DNA of 36,406 bases from an uncultured Oscillospiraceae bacterium. Its GTDB lineage: Bacteria; Bacillota; Clostridia; Oscillospirales; Oscillospiraceae. The notes beneath the pieces are model-generated. The model searched no databases and was not told the origin of the DNA. It worked only from the letters and a program-made list of their open reading frames with translations. The stretch spans positions 1-36,406 of the forward strand of contig CAJOFW010000001.1 in the NCBI GenBank assembly GCA_905234005.1, read 5' to 3'. The translations under genes and the position numbers were made by a program. Numbering within the stretch: position 1 is the first letter of the stretch; every line of letters begins with the position of its first letter. Shown here one piece after another: positions 1 through 6,073 of the stretch.

Positions 1-33
1 CGGCGCTTTAAATGGCGCCGCGGGGCTTTTGTT
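1..33. terminator. GC-rich hairpin plus T-run, cut by the window edge; near-identical copy of 1041..1073
   Basis: 1..33 matches 1041..1073 with one mismatch (T13 vs C1053, in the loop). Right arm GCGCCGCGGGGC is followed by TTTT. Confidence 0.6.
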
Positions 34-123
34 GTCTCTGTCTGCTCCATAGCAATTTTGGCGATCATCTAACCGGCTTTCCATAAAGCGTAAAATCCGG
101 TATGGGATGGGTCTTCCGGTTTC

Positions 124-678
124 TTATAGAGCCCACAACAGGGAGGATATACCCGCAGATCTGAAAACCAGCCAGAAAACAAACCGAACTGCCACGCTTA
201 TAAGAGCAGCTTTTCCCACGCCTGCCGCTTTTTTAGGCGTTCGGGTATAAAACACACAATACAGTATCAGTCCTATGATCGGAACAAAAAACGAAAGAAC
301 GTTCAGCCCCGTTGACGGAACGTCGTCCGGATCTGCTCTGCCCGTCGCACATCCGCAATGAGGACAGATAACCGCTTCGCGCATAATTGTTTTGCCGCAA
401 TACCTGCAAGAATGGTCGGCTATTTCAGGCAAGAGCCTTGACAGATCAGACTTGTTTGCATTATTTGTTTCGCTGTCATTATTATTTGACATCGCACTGG
501 CTTTGATTCTGTTGACGATGCGAACCCTCTCATCCTTCTTGATCAATGAATACCAATCAACAGAGGAGAATCCGCTATTGATTGTTTCGACTCCGCAGCC
601 GGAACATATTGTCCCGTTTGGTGTTTTGTTCTCATACGTCATACCGCATTTTGGACAAATATAAATGTATTCTGTCAA
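124..678 (-). CDS. double zinc-ribbon membrane protein, function unknown
   Basis: ORF 124..693. Two CxxC...CxxC pairs (CPKC/CSGC and CRYC/CPHC) followed by hydrophobic C-terminal segments. Start moved to TTG at 678 because GGAGGTG lies 6 nt upstream. Low-GC composition. Confidence 0.6.
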   Translation of the reverse strand: MTEYIYICPKCGMTYENKTPNGTICSGCGVETINSGFSSVDWYSLIKKDERVRIVNRIKASAMSNNNDSETNNANKSDLSRLLPEIADHSCRYCGKTIMREAVICPHCGCATGRADPDDVPSTGLNVLSFFVPIIGLILYCVFYTRTPKKAAGVGKAALISVAVRFVFWLVFRSAGISSLLWAL

Positions 679-736
679 GTCCGCCACCTCCAATAAGTAC
701 CTGTCAGTCCGAAGCCTCTAAACTATATCTCATTTC

Positions 737-766
737 GAGATAATTGTCAATATCTCAATCTGAGAT
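737..766. promoter_or_regulatory. overlapping inverted repeats in a divergent promoter region (candidate XRE operator)
   Basis: GAGATA-N8-TATCTC (737..756) overlaps ATCTCA-N3-TGAGAT (752..766), between divergent genes 124..678(-) and 796..1029(+). Confidence 0.4.
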
Positions 767-795
767 TTCATATGATAGGCGCAGAGGTGACCGCC

Positions 796-1029
796 ATGCG
801 CATAAACCGTATAAAGGAGCTGCGAGAGGACAGTGATCTGACACAGCGCGAGATTGCGGGAATTTTGGATGTCGCACAAAACACATATTGCAATTACGAA
901 AACGGTAATCGTGAAATCCCAATCGAGCTTCTTATCAGGCTCTCCAGATATTATGCTGTGAATATGGAATATCTGCTGGGGCTGACCGACGATCGCGCTC
1001 CGCTTCCACCCTCCAAGCGGATGCTGTGA
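796..1029 (+). CDS. XRE-family helix-turn-helix transcriptional regulator
   Basis: MRINRIKELREDSDLTQREIAGILDVAQNTYCNYENGNREIPIELLIRLSRYY is a typical Cro/C1 HTH. ATG at 796 is preceded by GAGGTG with 6-nt spacing. Confidence 0.85.
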   Translation: MRINRIKELREDSDLTQREIAGILDVAQNTYCNYENGNREIPIELLIRLSRYYAVNMEYLLGLTDDRAPLPPSKRML

Positions 1030-1030
1030 C

Positions 1031-1070
1031 AAAAGCCCCGCGGCGCTTTAAACGGCGCCGCGGGGCTTTT
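1031..1070. terminator. bidirectional intrinsic terminator between convergent genes
   Basis: AAAA-GCCCCGCGGCGC-TTTAAACG-GCGCCGCGGGGC-TTTT, a 12-bp GC stem flanked by A and T runs. Confidence 0.8.
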
Positions 1071-1071
1071 G

Positions 1072-1233
1072 TTATTCCGGCTCGCTGTCGGGGTGTATGA
1101 AGCGATCCTCGGCCTGCTGCTGCGCCCGGATCAGGCGCTCCTTTGCAAGGCCGATATTCTGCTGCTCCAGCATCACAAGCGCATCGGTGATGCCGTTGAA
1201 CAGCGTGAAGTATGATGCTCTGTACTCGTCCAT
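1072..1233 (-). CDS. small hypothetical protein (53 aa)
   Basis: MDEYRASYFTLFNGITDALVMLEQQNIGLAKERLIRAQQQAEDRFIHPDSEPE. GGGAGAG lies 7 nt upstream of the ATG at 1233. High GC3. The longer 79-aa track ORF has no RBS. Confidence 0.55.
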   Translation of the reverse strand: MDEYRASYFTLFNGITDALVMLEQQNIGLAKERLIRAQQQAEDRFIHPDSEPE

Positions 1234-1258
1234 TTTGCTGCTCTCCCATAATAAAAAA

Positions 1259-1282
1259 GTGGCACAGCCGAAGCCGTGCCAC
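1259..1282 (-). terminator. leader terminator hairpin immediately upstream of the RBS of 1072..1233
   Basis: Minus strand reads GTGGCACGGC-TTCG-GCTGTGCCAC followed by TTTTTTAT, then GGGAGAG and ATG. An alternative hairpin, GCTGTGC (1290..1296) with GCACGGC (1273..1279), competes for the left arm. Confidence 0.5.
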
Positions 1283-1307
1283 GAAAAACGCACAGCTCCG
1301 ATTGCTG

Positions 1308-1416
1308 CCACACAACCACAACGTCACAAACAATGCGCACGTCTTCAAAGCCCGCGTTTTTACCATGTAAAAGCGTGCGCCTTTGTTTGTGATAATATGC
1401 AGTTGTGGTAATGTGG
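1308..1416 (-). ncRNA. ~109-nt imperfect long hairpin at the 5' end of the predicted leader (unclassified cis-regulatory RNA candidate)
   Basis: Pairings: 1324..1333 with 1383..1392 (10 bp), 1335..1341 with 1374..1380 (7 bp), 1315..1322 with 1402..1409 (8 bp), 1308..1312 with 1412..1416 (5 bp). Apical TTTTAC-CAT-GTAAAA. Confidence 0.3.
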
Positions 1417-1423
1417 CAGAACA

Positions 1424-1452
1424 AGAATACCACGTTGTCACGGAAAAGGCAA
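1424..1452 (-). promoter_or_regulatory. candidate sigma-A promoter for the leader + small ORF
   Basis: Minus strand TTGCCT (1452..1447), 17-nt spacer, TGg-TATTCT (1432..1424). The predicted start coincides with the base of the long hairpin. Confidence 0.4.
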
Positions 1453-1523
1453 CAAAAAAACCGCCCTCCGCCCCGGCGGTCGCCGGTGACGGACGCGCAA
1501 AAAGCCCCGTCCATGCGGACAGC

Positions 1524-1559
1524 AAAAACCGCAGCGCTTCAAACGGCGCTGCGGTTTTT
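1524..1559. terminator. bidirectional terminator-like hairpin, paralog of 1031..1070
   Basis: AAAAA-CCGCAGCGC-TTCAAACG-GCGCTGCGG-TTTTT. Same architecture and loop as 1031..1070, with a compensated stem change (G:C to A:T). Confidence 0.65.
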
Positions 1560-1561
1560 GC

Positions 1562-1677
1562 ATACTTTTCGTAAAAGAAACAGTATCATACTGTTCTCAA
1601 ATTAAAAGCTCTGTTTCGTTACCGGGCGCAAAGCCTTGGAATTGCTGCCTTTTCGAGCGAATACAAAGTTCTTTTTG
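1562..1677 (-). repeat. copy 1 (permuted) of the ~120-nt structured repeat family
   Basis: Body 1587..1677 aligns to the copies at 5954, 10644, 22331 and 29308. The AT-rich hairpin (1562..1586, ATACTTTT-CGTAAAAG-AAACAGTAT) sits on the opposite side of the body compared with other copies. Confidence 0.8.
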
Positions 1678-2445
1678 GCAGTTGCTGTACCGCCAGTCCC
1701 CGGATTCGGCGCGCTCTACGCGCAGGTCGCAGGGGACGCTCTGGGTCGGGTCGGGGTGATCGTGCCACAGCTCCCAGAGCTTCGGCAGGAACACGGGCCA
1801 GCGGGACGCCTCGTATTCGCCGTGGTCGGTGGCGCTCGGCGGCACGGGCTTCGCGTCCGGGTTTTCCGCCAGCATCTCAAGGATGAACGCCGGCGGCTCC
1901 GACACGTTCGGGTCGGCCACCGCCGCGTCGAGGTGGACGCAGCCGCCCGGGGCGTCCTGCCACATGTGCACGGTCATATCGACGAAATCTCCGGCCCCGT
2001 TGAAAACGCCCTCCACGATGACGTGCCCGAGCGCGTCGGTGAACGGGAACCAGCCGAGATCGAGGCGGTTGATCTGCACGCCGTTGCCGCCGAACACCGG
2101 CATACCCTCGCCGACGGACTCGGATATCATGTGCGCCGACCGCAGAAACCCGTGCTTCCACGGCTCCCGCACCCACGAAAACCGCTTGTGCGAGCCGGGC
2201 GCCCAGAGGTAGTACCCCTTCTCCATGTTCGCCCACCACCAGTCGAGCATCTCCGCCGTCACGCCGGGCAGAAAATGCTGGTGCCACGCGTTCAGTACCC
2301 AGCCGCGTTTTTGCGCCGCGTCGTTCAGAACCGGCTCCGGCAGCGGCGGCTCGGGCCTCGGCAGCGGCTCATACGGCAGCGTTCGGACGTGGATGTTCTC
2401 CCGGAAGGGCATATACGTCTGCCCGGCGTTCGCGATGTATTCCAT
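1597..2445 (-). CDS. PhlG / phloretin-hydrolase-like C-C hydrolase (DAPG-hydrolase family); last ~26 codons derive from the repeat
   Basis: 282 aa. The AEMLDWWWANMEKGYYLWAPGSH segment and an HGEYE (HxxxE) motif match my recollection of the DAPG/phloretin hydrolase family. Next to an enoate-reductase-family gene. The C-terminal ...KELCIRSKRQQFQGFAPGNETELLI is encoded by repeat copy 1. Confidence 0.5.
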   Translation of the reverse strand: MEYIANAGQTYMPFRENIHVRTLPYEPLPRPEPPLPEPVLNDAAQKRGWVLNAWHQHFLPGVTAEMLDWWWANMEKGYYLWAPGSHKRFSWVREPWKHGFLRSAHMISESVGEGMPVFGGNGVQINRLDLGWFPFTDALGHVIVEGVFNGAGDFVDMTVHMWQDAPGGCVHLDAAVADPNVSEPPAFILEMLAENPDAKPVPPSATDHGEYEASRWPVFLPKLWELWHDHPDPTQSVPCDLRVERAESGDWRYSNCQKELCIRSKRQQFQGFAPGNETELLI

Positions 2446-2560
2446 ATAATCCTCCTCGATATGAAGCCCCGTCGGCGTGAACGGCCGACGGGGCTTCGTC
2501 CGTTTATGATTACAGGCAATCGTTCAGCAGTCCTGCGTCAGCGGACGCCGAACATCTGCA

Positions 2561-4486
2561 TTACAGGTTGATCGCGGCGTAGAAGGCCTCCTTCGTGCAC
2601 CACTCGACCGTGCGGGCGCGGACGCAGTCGCCGATCTCGTAGAAGTCGTCGGCGCTGTTCATGAAGGAATCGGCCTCGTCGCGGCGGGCGCGCAGACCGA
2701 CGGCGAGCAGCACGCTGTCGCAGTCGACCGACGCGGCCTGACCGTCCAGCTCGTAGCTGACCTTGCCGGGGACGACGCCGGTGCACCTCGCGTTCAGCAG
2801 GACGTGCAGCGTGTCGGCGTGGTCGCGTACCTCGACGAGCAGCTCGTCGCGGTGGGTCTTCGAGGCGTCGCCGGCGAGCTGGGGCAGCATCTCAATGAGC
2901 GTGACCTCGCGGCCGATCTTCTGCAGGTGGACGGCCGTCTCGAGGCCGACCTGACCGCCGCCGATGATGACGACCCTCTGGCCGATCTCGTCCTCATGGC
3001 CGTAGGCGGACACCGCCGTGCGGCAGTTCTCGACGCCGGGGAGCCAGCGCGGGACGACCGGCTCGGAGCCGAGCGCCGCGATGATCGAATCGAAGCCGTC
3101 CATCATGTCGGGCGTCGCGGCGGTATTGAGCTTCACGGTGATCTTCGGCTCCTTGTTCACCTGCATGATGAGCCAGTTCTTGTAGTCCGACAGCGGCCAC
3201 TTGAAGTTGCGGACGTGGTCGGCGTACTCGAGAAGACCGCCCAGAGCGGCGTTTTTCTCAAACAGCGTGACCGTGTGGCCCCGCTCGGCGCAGTAGAGCG
3301 CGGCGCGCATACCGGCCGGGCCGCCGCCGATGACGGCGACGTTCTTCTCCCGCTCGGGCTTTGCGGGGATGCGGTCGATCGGCGCCTCGAGACCGGCGCG
3401 GGGGTTCACGGCGCACTGCAGGTGCTGGGCGTAGTTGTCGGAGTCGTGGCAGCGCATGCACTTGATGCAGGGGATCACGTCCTCGGGGTGGCCGGCGAGA
3501 TCCTTCTTGATCCAGTCGAGGTCGGCGATGAACTCACGGGCGACGACGACGAAATCGGCGCTGCCCGCCGCGAGCACGGCCTCGCAGTCGGCGAGGTTCG
3601 TAAGACCGCCGATCGTGGAGATCAGGCACTTGTTGATGCGGCCGGACTTCTTCCAGGTGTCCGCGATGAACATATTGTGGTTCGGGGGCAGGAAGCCGCA
3701 GGGGTGCGTCCACGTCATCCAGTCGGAGTTGTGCATGCCGCACGACGCCTGGAGGATGTCGCAGTGCTCCTGCAGGATCTCCGCGATGCGCAGGCCCTCC
3801 TCGATGTCGATGCCGCCCTCCTGGTACTCGGTGCCGGAGATGCGCACGTCGATGATGAAGTCGGGGCCGACGGCCTTGCGGACGGCGTCCATGATCTCCA
3901 CCGCGTAGCGGCAGCGGTTCTCGGTGGAGCCGCCGTATTCGTCGGTGCGCTTGTTTGTGTACGGGGAGAAGAACTGGGCGAGGGGGATCGAGTGGCCCAT
4001 ATGCATGAGCATGCCGTCAAACCCGGCGGCCTTGATGCCGACGGCGGCCTCGACGTATTCGTTCTTGAACCACTCCATCTTCTCCTTCGGGATCTCGCGG
4101 CCGATGGGGGGCGAGCCCATGATCGAGCAGCCGTCCGAAACCGTGTAGCCGTCGGGGAACACGCCGATCAGCTCCATCGTGCACTTCGCGCCGTACAGGT
4201 GGATGCGCTCGGAGAGGTCGACGAGGCGGTTGGTGTGGTTGGGCTTCTTGAGATCCCAGCTCGCGTGGGTGCCGTCGTCGAACGCGCCGCCGATCGACAC
4301 GCCCGCGCAGGTCACAAGCCCCGCGCCGGCTCTGGCGCGGTCCTCAAAGAAGCGGATGCCCTCCTCGGTCGGATAGGGCTGGCCCGACGAGGCGGTATGC
4401 ACCGTGCTCGGGGCGGATATGATGCGGTTTTTCAGCACCACGCCGCCGACACGGATCGGGGAAAATACGTGCGGATATTTTTTCAT
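2561..4486 (-). CDS. Fe-S flavoenzyme of the enoate reductase / 2,4-dienoyl-CoA reductase family
   Basis: OYE-like barrel (HMGHSIPLAQFFSPYTNKRTDEYGGSTENRCRY), CIKCMRCHDSDNYAQHLQC cluster motif, and dinucleotide folds VAVIGGGPAGM and VVIIGGGQVGLE. Start set to the ATG at 4486, 9 nt after GGAG. Confidence 0.85.
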   Translation of the reverse strand: MKKYPHVFSPIRVGGVVLKNRIISAPSTVHTASSGQPYPTEEGIRFFEDRARAGAGLVTCAGVSIGGAFDDGTHASWDLKKPNHTNRLVDLSERIHLYGAKCTMELIGVFPDGYTVSDGCSIMGSPPIGREIPKEKMEWFKNEYVEAAVGIKAAGFDGMLMHMGHSIPLAQFFSPYTNKRTDEYGGSTENRCRYAVEIMDAVRKAVGPDFIIDVRISGTEYQEGGIDIEEGLRIAEILQEHCDILQASCGMHNSDWMTWTHPCGFLPPNHNMFIADTWKKSGRINKCLISTIGGLTNLADCEAVLAAGSADFVVVAREFIADLDWIKKDLAGHPEDVIPCIKCMRCHDSDNYAQHLQCAVNPRAGLEAPIDRIPAKPEREKNVAVIGGGPAGMRAALYCAERGHTVTLFEKNAALGGLLEYADHVRNFKWPLSDYKNWLIMQVNKEPKITVKLNTAATPDMMDGFDSIIAALGSEPVVPRWLPGVENCRTAVSAYGHEDEIGQRVVIIGGGQVGLETAVHLQKIGREVTLIEMLPQLAGDASKTHRDELLVEVRDHADTLHVLLNARCTGVVPGKVSYELDGQAASVDCDSVLLAVGLRARRDEADSFMNSADDFYEIGDCVRARTVEWCTKEAFYAAINL

Positions 4487-4525
4487 TCGATTCATCTCCT
4501 GCCTTTCAGACGTTATTCCATGGCA

Positions 4526-4534
4526 ATTGTATCA
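4526..4534 (-). promoter_or_regulatory. candidate extended -10 element for the reductase gene
   Basis: Minus strand TGA-TACAAT about 40 nt upstream of the ATG. The -35 is weak. Confidence 0.3.
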
Positions 4535-4576
4535 CATTCCTGCGAAAAAGGGAAACAAAAATCGTCCCCCGCCGCC

Positions 4577-4628
4577 GAGCGGAGCGCAATCCCCCGGATT
4601 CGCAGAGCCAAAGGCCCTGCGAATCCGG
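4577..4628. repeat. module 1: conserved 19-mer plus 12-bp hairpin
   Basis: GAGCGGAGCGCAATCCCCC, then CCGGATTCGCAG-N11-CTGCGAATCCGG. Confidence 0.7.
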
Positions 4629-4693
4629 CAACGCACCTTATATCGGCAACGTGTCTTATAACAGCAACGGTAACGATTTCAGCCCCCGTTGCC
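4627..4693. promoter_or_regulatory. three phased 18-bp direct repeats plus one inverted half-site (candidate activator sites)
   Basis: GGCAACG at 4627 and 4645, AGCAACG at 4663 (period exactly 18). Units 1 and 2 also share TTATA. Inverted CGTTGCC at 4687..4693. Confidence 0.4.
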
Positions 4694-4817
4694 TCGCAGA
4701 GTTTGCGCCCGCAGGCGCAAAAAAATGGAATCATTTTTTCCGGAAACCGCGCTTTTCGGAAAAAATACCTTTCGCGTAGCGAACGTGCGAACCCCGCCAA
4801 AGCGGGGTGAGTGCGCT

Positions 4818-4866
4818 GAGCGGAGCGCAATCCCCCTGATTGGAGCCGCTTCGCGGCTCCAATCAG
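4818..4866. repeat. module 2: the same 19-mer plus a 14-bp hairpin abutting the ADH stop codon
   Basis: GAGCGGAGCGCAATCCCCC, then CTGATTGGAGCCGC-TTC-GCGGCTCCAATCAG, ending 1 nt from the stop at 4868..4870. No U-run on either strand. Confidence 0.7.
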
Positions 4867-4867
4867 C

Positions 4868-5920
4868 TCAAAGGCTCGGGTCGATGAGCACCTTGAGGTG
4901 GCCGCGGCGGCTCGGGGCGCCGATGTATTTTTCGACCGCGTCGTCCAGACTCACGACGCCGGTGACCATGCCGGGGAACTTCACCTTGCCCTGCCGGAGC
5001 ATATCGAGGTACATCTCGACCTCCTCGCGGGTGTAGACGAACGTGAACTGGAAGGACGGCTCGTGGATCGAGAACTGTCCCGGGGTGATCTGGAACGGCT
5101 CGTTGATCGTGCCGATGACCATGACCTGCCCGCCGGGCTTGACGCACGCCACGCAGGTATTGAAGCTGGCCGGGTTGCCGGCGCACTCGTAGACGACCGG
5201 CGCGCCCACGGGGGTGCCGAGGATCTCCATGACCTTCGCCGGGACGTCGGGGCAGGTCTTCGAGTTGATGAAGTAGTCCGCGCCGTATTCACGGATGAGC
5301 GGCTCCTTCTCGTCGGAGGTGCCGAGGGCGATGATGCGCCGTGCGCCGGCGGCGCGCAGGAACTGGATGGCGGACAGGCCGATCGAGCCGGTGCCGGACA
5401 CGACGACGTCGTCGCCGATCTTGAAGCTCGACATGCGGATGCCGTGCAGGGCCACGCAGACGACGTCGAAGAGCACCGCGTCCTTCATGTCCATCCCGTC
5501 GGGGACGGGGATCAGCATCGTGTGCTTCACGTCCCGGATCAGGAAGTATTCGCAGTAGCCGCCGTCCGGGCCGCCGATGCCGGCGGTGTTGGGGAAGCCG
5601 TTGATGCAGATGTTCGTGCGGTTGACCTTGCAGAGCGGGCAGCCGTCCTCACAGGCGGCGGGCGGGCCGCAGAGGATGCGGTCGCCGACCTTGAAGTCCG
5701 TGACGCCCTCGCCGACCTCTACGACGGTGCCGGCGTTCTCGTGGCCGAGCACCATCGGGAGCTGGATGAACGGGGGATAGTGGCCGCCGTAGAACTCGAC
5801 GTCCGTGCCGCAGATGCCGACGTAGTCGATCTTGACGACGAGCTGGTTGGGGCCGGGATGGGGGACGGGCCGCTCCTCCAGCCGGAGGTCGCCCTTGCCG
5901 TACAGTGCCAGTGCTTTCAT
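4868..5920 (-). CDS. zinc-dependent alcohol/polyol dehydrogenase (MDR superfamily)
   Basis: GICGTDVEF, GHENAG, a structural-zinc Cys cluster (CEDGCPLCKVNRTNIC) and GTGSIGL Rossmann motif. AAGGAG RBS. Confidence 0.9.
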   Translation of the reverse strand: MKALALYGKGDLRLEERPVPHPGPNQLVVKIDYVGICGTDVEFYGGHYPPFIQLPMVLGHENAGTVVEVGEGVTDFKVGDRILCGPPAACEDGCPLCKVNRTNICINGFPNTAGIGGPDGGYCEYFLIRDVKHTMLIPVPDGMDMKDAVLFDVVCVALHGIRMSSFKIGDDVVVSGTGSIGLSAIQFLRAAGARRIIALGTSDEKEPLIREYGADYFINSKTCPDVPAKVMEILGTPVGAPVVYECAGNPASFNTCVACVKPGGQVMVIGTINEPFQITPGQFSIHEPSFQFTFVYTREEVEMYLDMLRQGKVKFPGMVTGVVSLDDAVEKYIGAPSRRGHLKVLIDPSL

Positions 5921-5953
5921 ATGTCAGATTCTCCTTTCAGCGGATAGCCGTTC

Positions 5954-6073
5954 TATACTGTTCTCCAATGAAAAGCTTTGTTTCGTTACCGGGCGCAAAA
6001 CCTTGGAAACGCTGCCGTTTCGAGGCGAATACAAAGTTCTTTTTGATACTTTTTCTTTGGGGAAAAAGTATTA
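5954..6073 (-). repeat. copy 2 of the ~120-nt structured repeat family
   Basis: About 13 mismatches in 120 nt against copy 3 by hand alignment. Hairpin ATACTTTTTC...GAAAAAGTAT overlaps the TAA stop (6071..6073) of the upstream gene. Confidence 0.9.

Noticed and set aside
2561-4486. Bilirubin-reductase-like (BilR with flavodoxin-like BilS partner) reading of the OYE-family enzyme plus the nearby flavodoxin-fold protein.
   Set aside because: From memory BilR enzymes carry a diagnostic HGDR-type active-site motif. No such tetrapeptide occurs in this protein (it has HMGHSIP at the usual OYE histidine block). The adjacent PhlG-like hydrolase points to polyphenol chemistry. This is memory-based and needs a proper search.
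4701-4727. Hairpin GCGCC-CGCA-GGCGC flanked by a T-run and an A-run, considered as a terminator.
   Set aside because: On both strands the U-run precedes the stem rather than following it, so it does not fit an intrinsic terminator.
2804-4810. Very long ORFs antisense to or overlapping recognised genes. Examples: 2804..4810(+), 4898..5947(+), 6582..7892(+), 15985..17190(+), 17875..19467(-), 19407..21029(+), 21227..22384(-), 22795..24075(-), 24312..25529(-), 25420..26562(-), 27856..29238(-), 30437..31414(+), 31415..32491(+), 32350..33582(+).
   Set aside because: They are typical shadow ORFs of high-GC DNA. Their translations are Arg/Ala/Gly/Pro/Asp-rich and low in complexity. They have no motifs and no RBS. 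Each fully overlaps a gene with clear family signatures on the other strand or in another frame.
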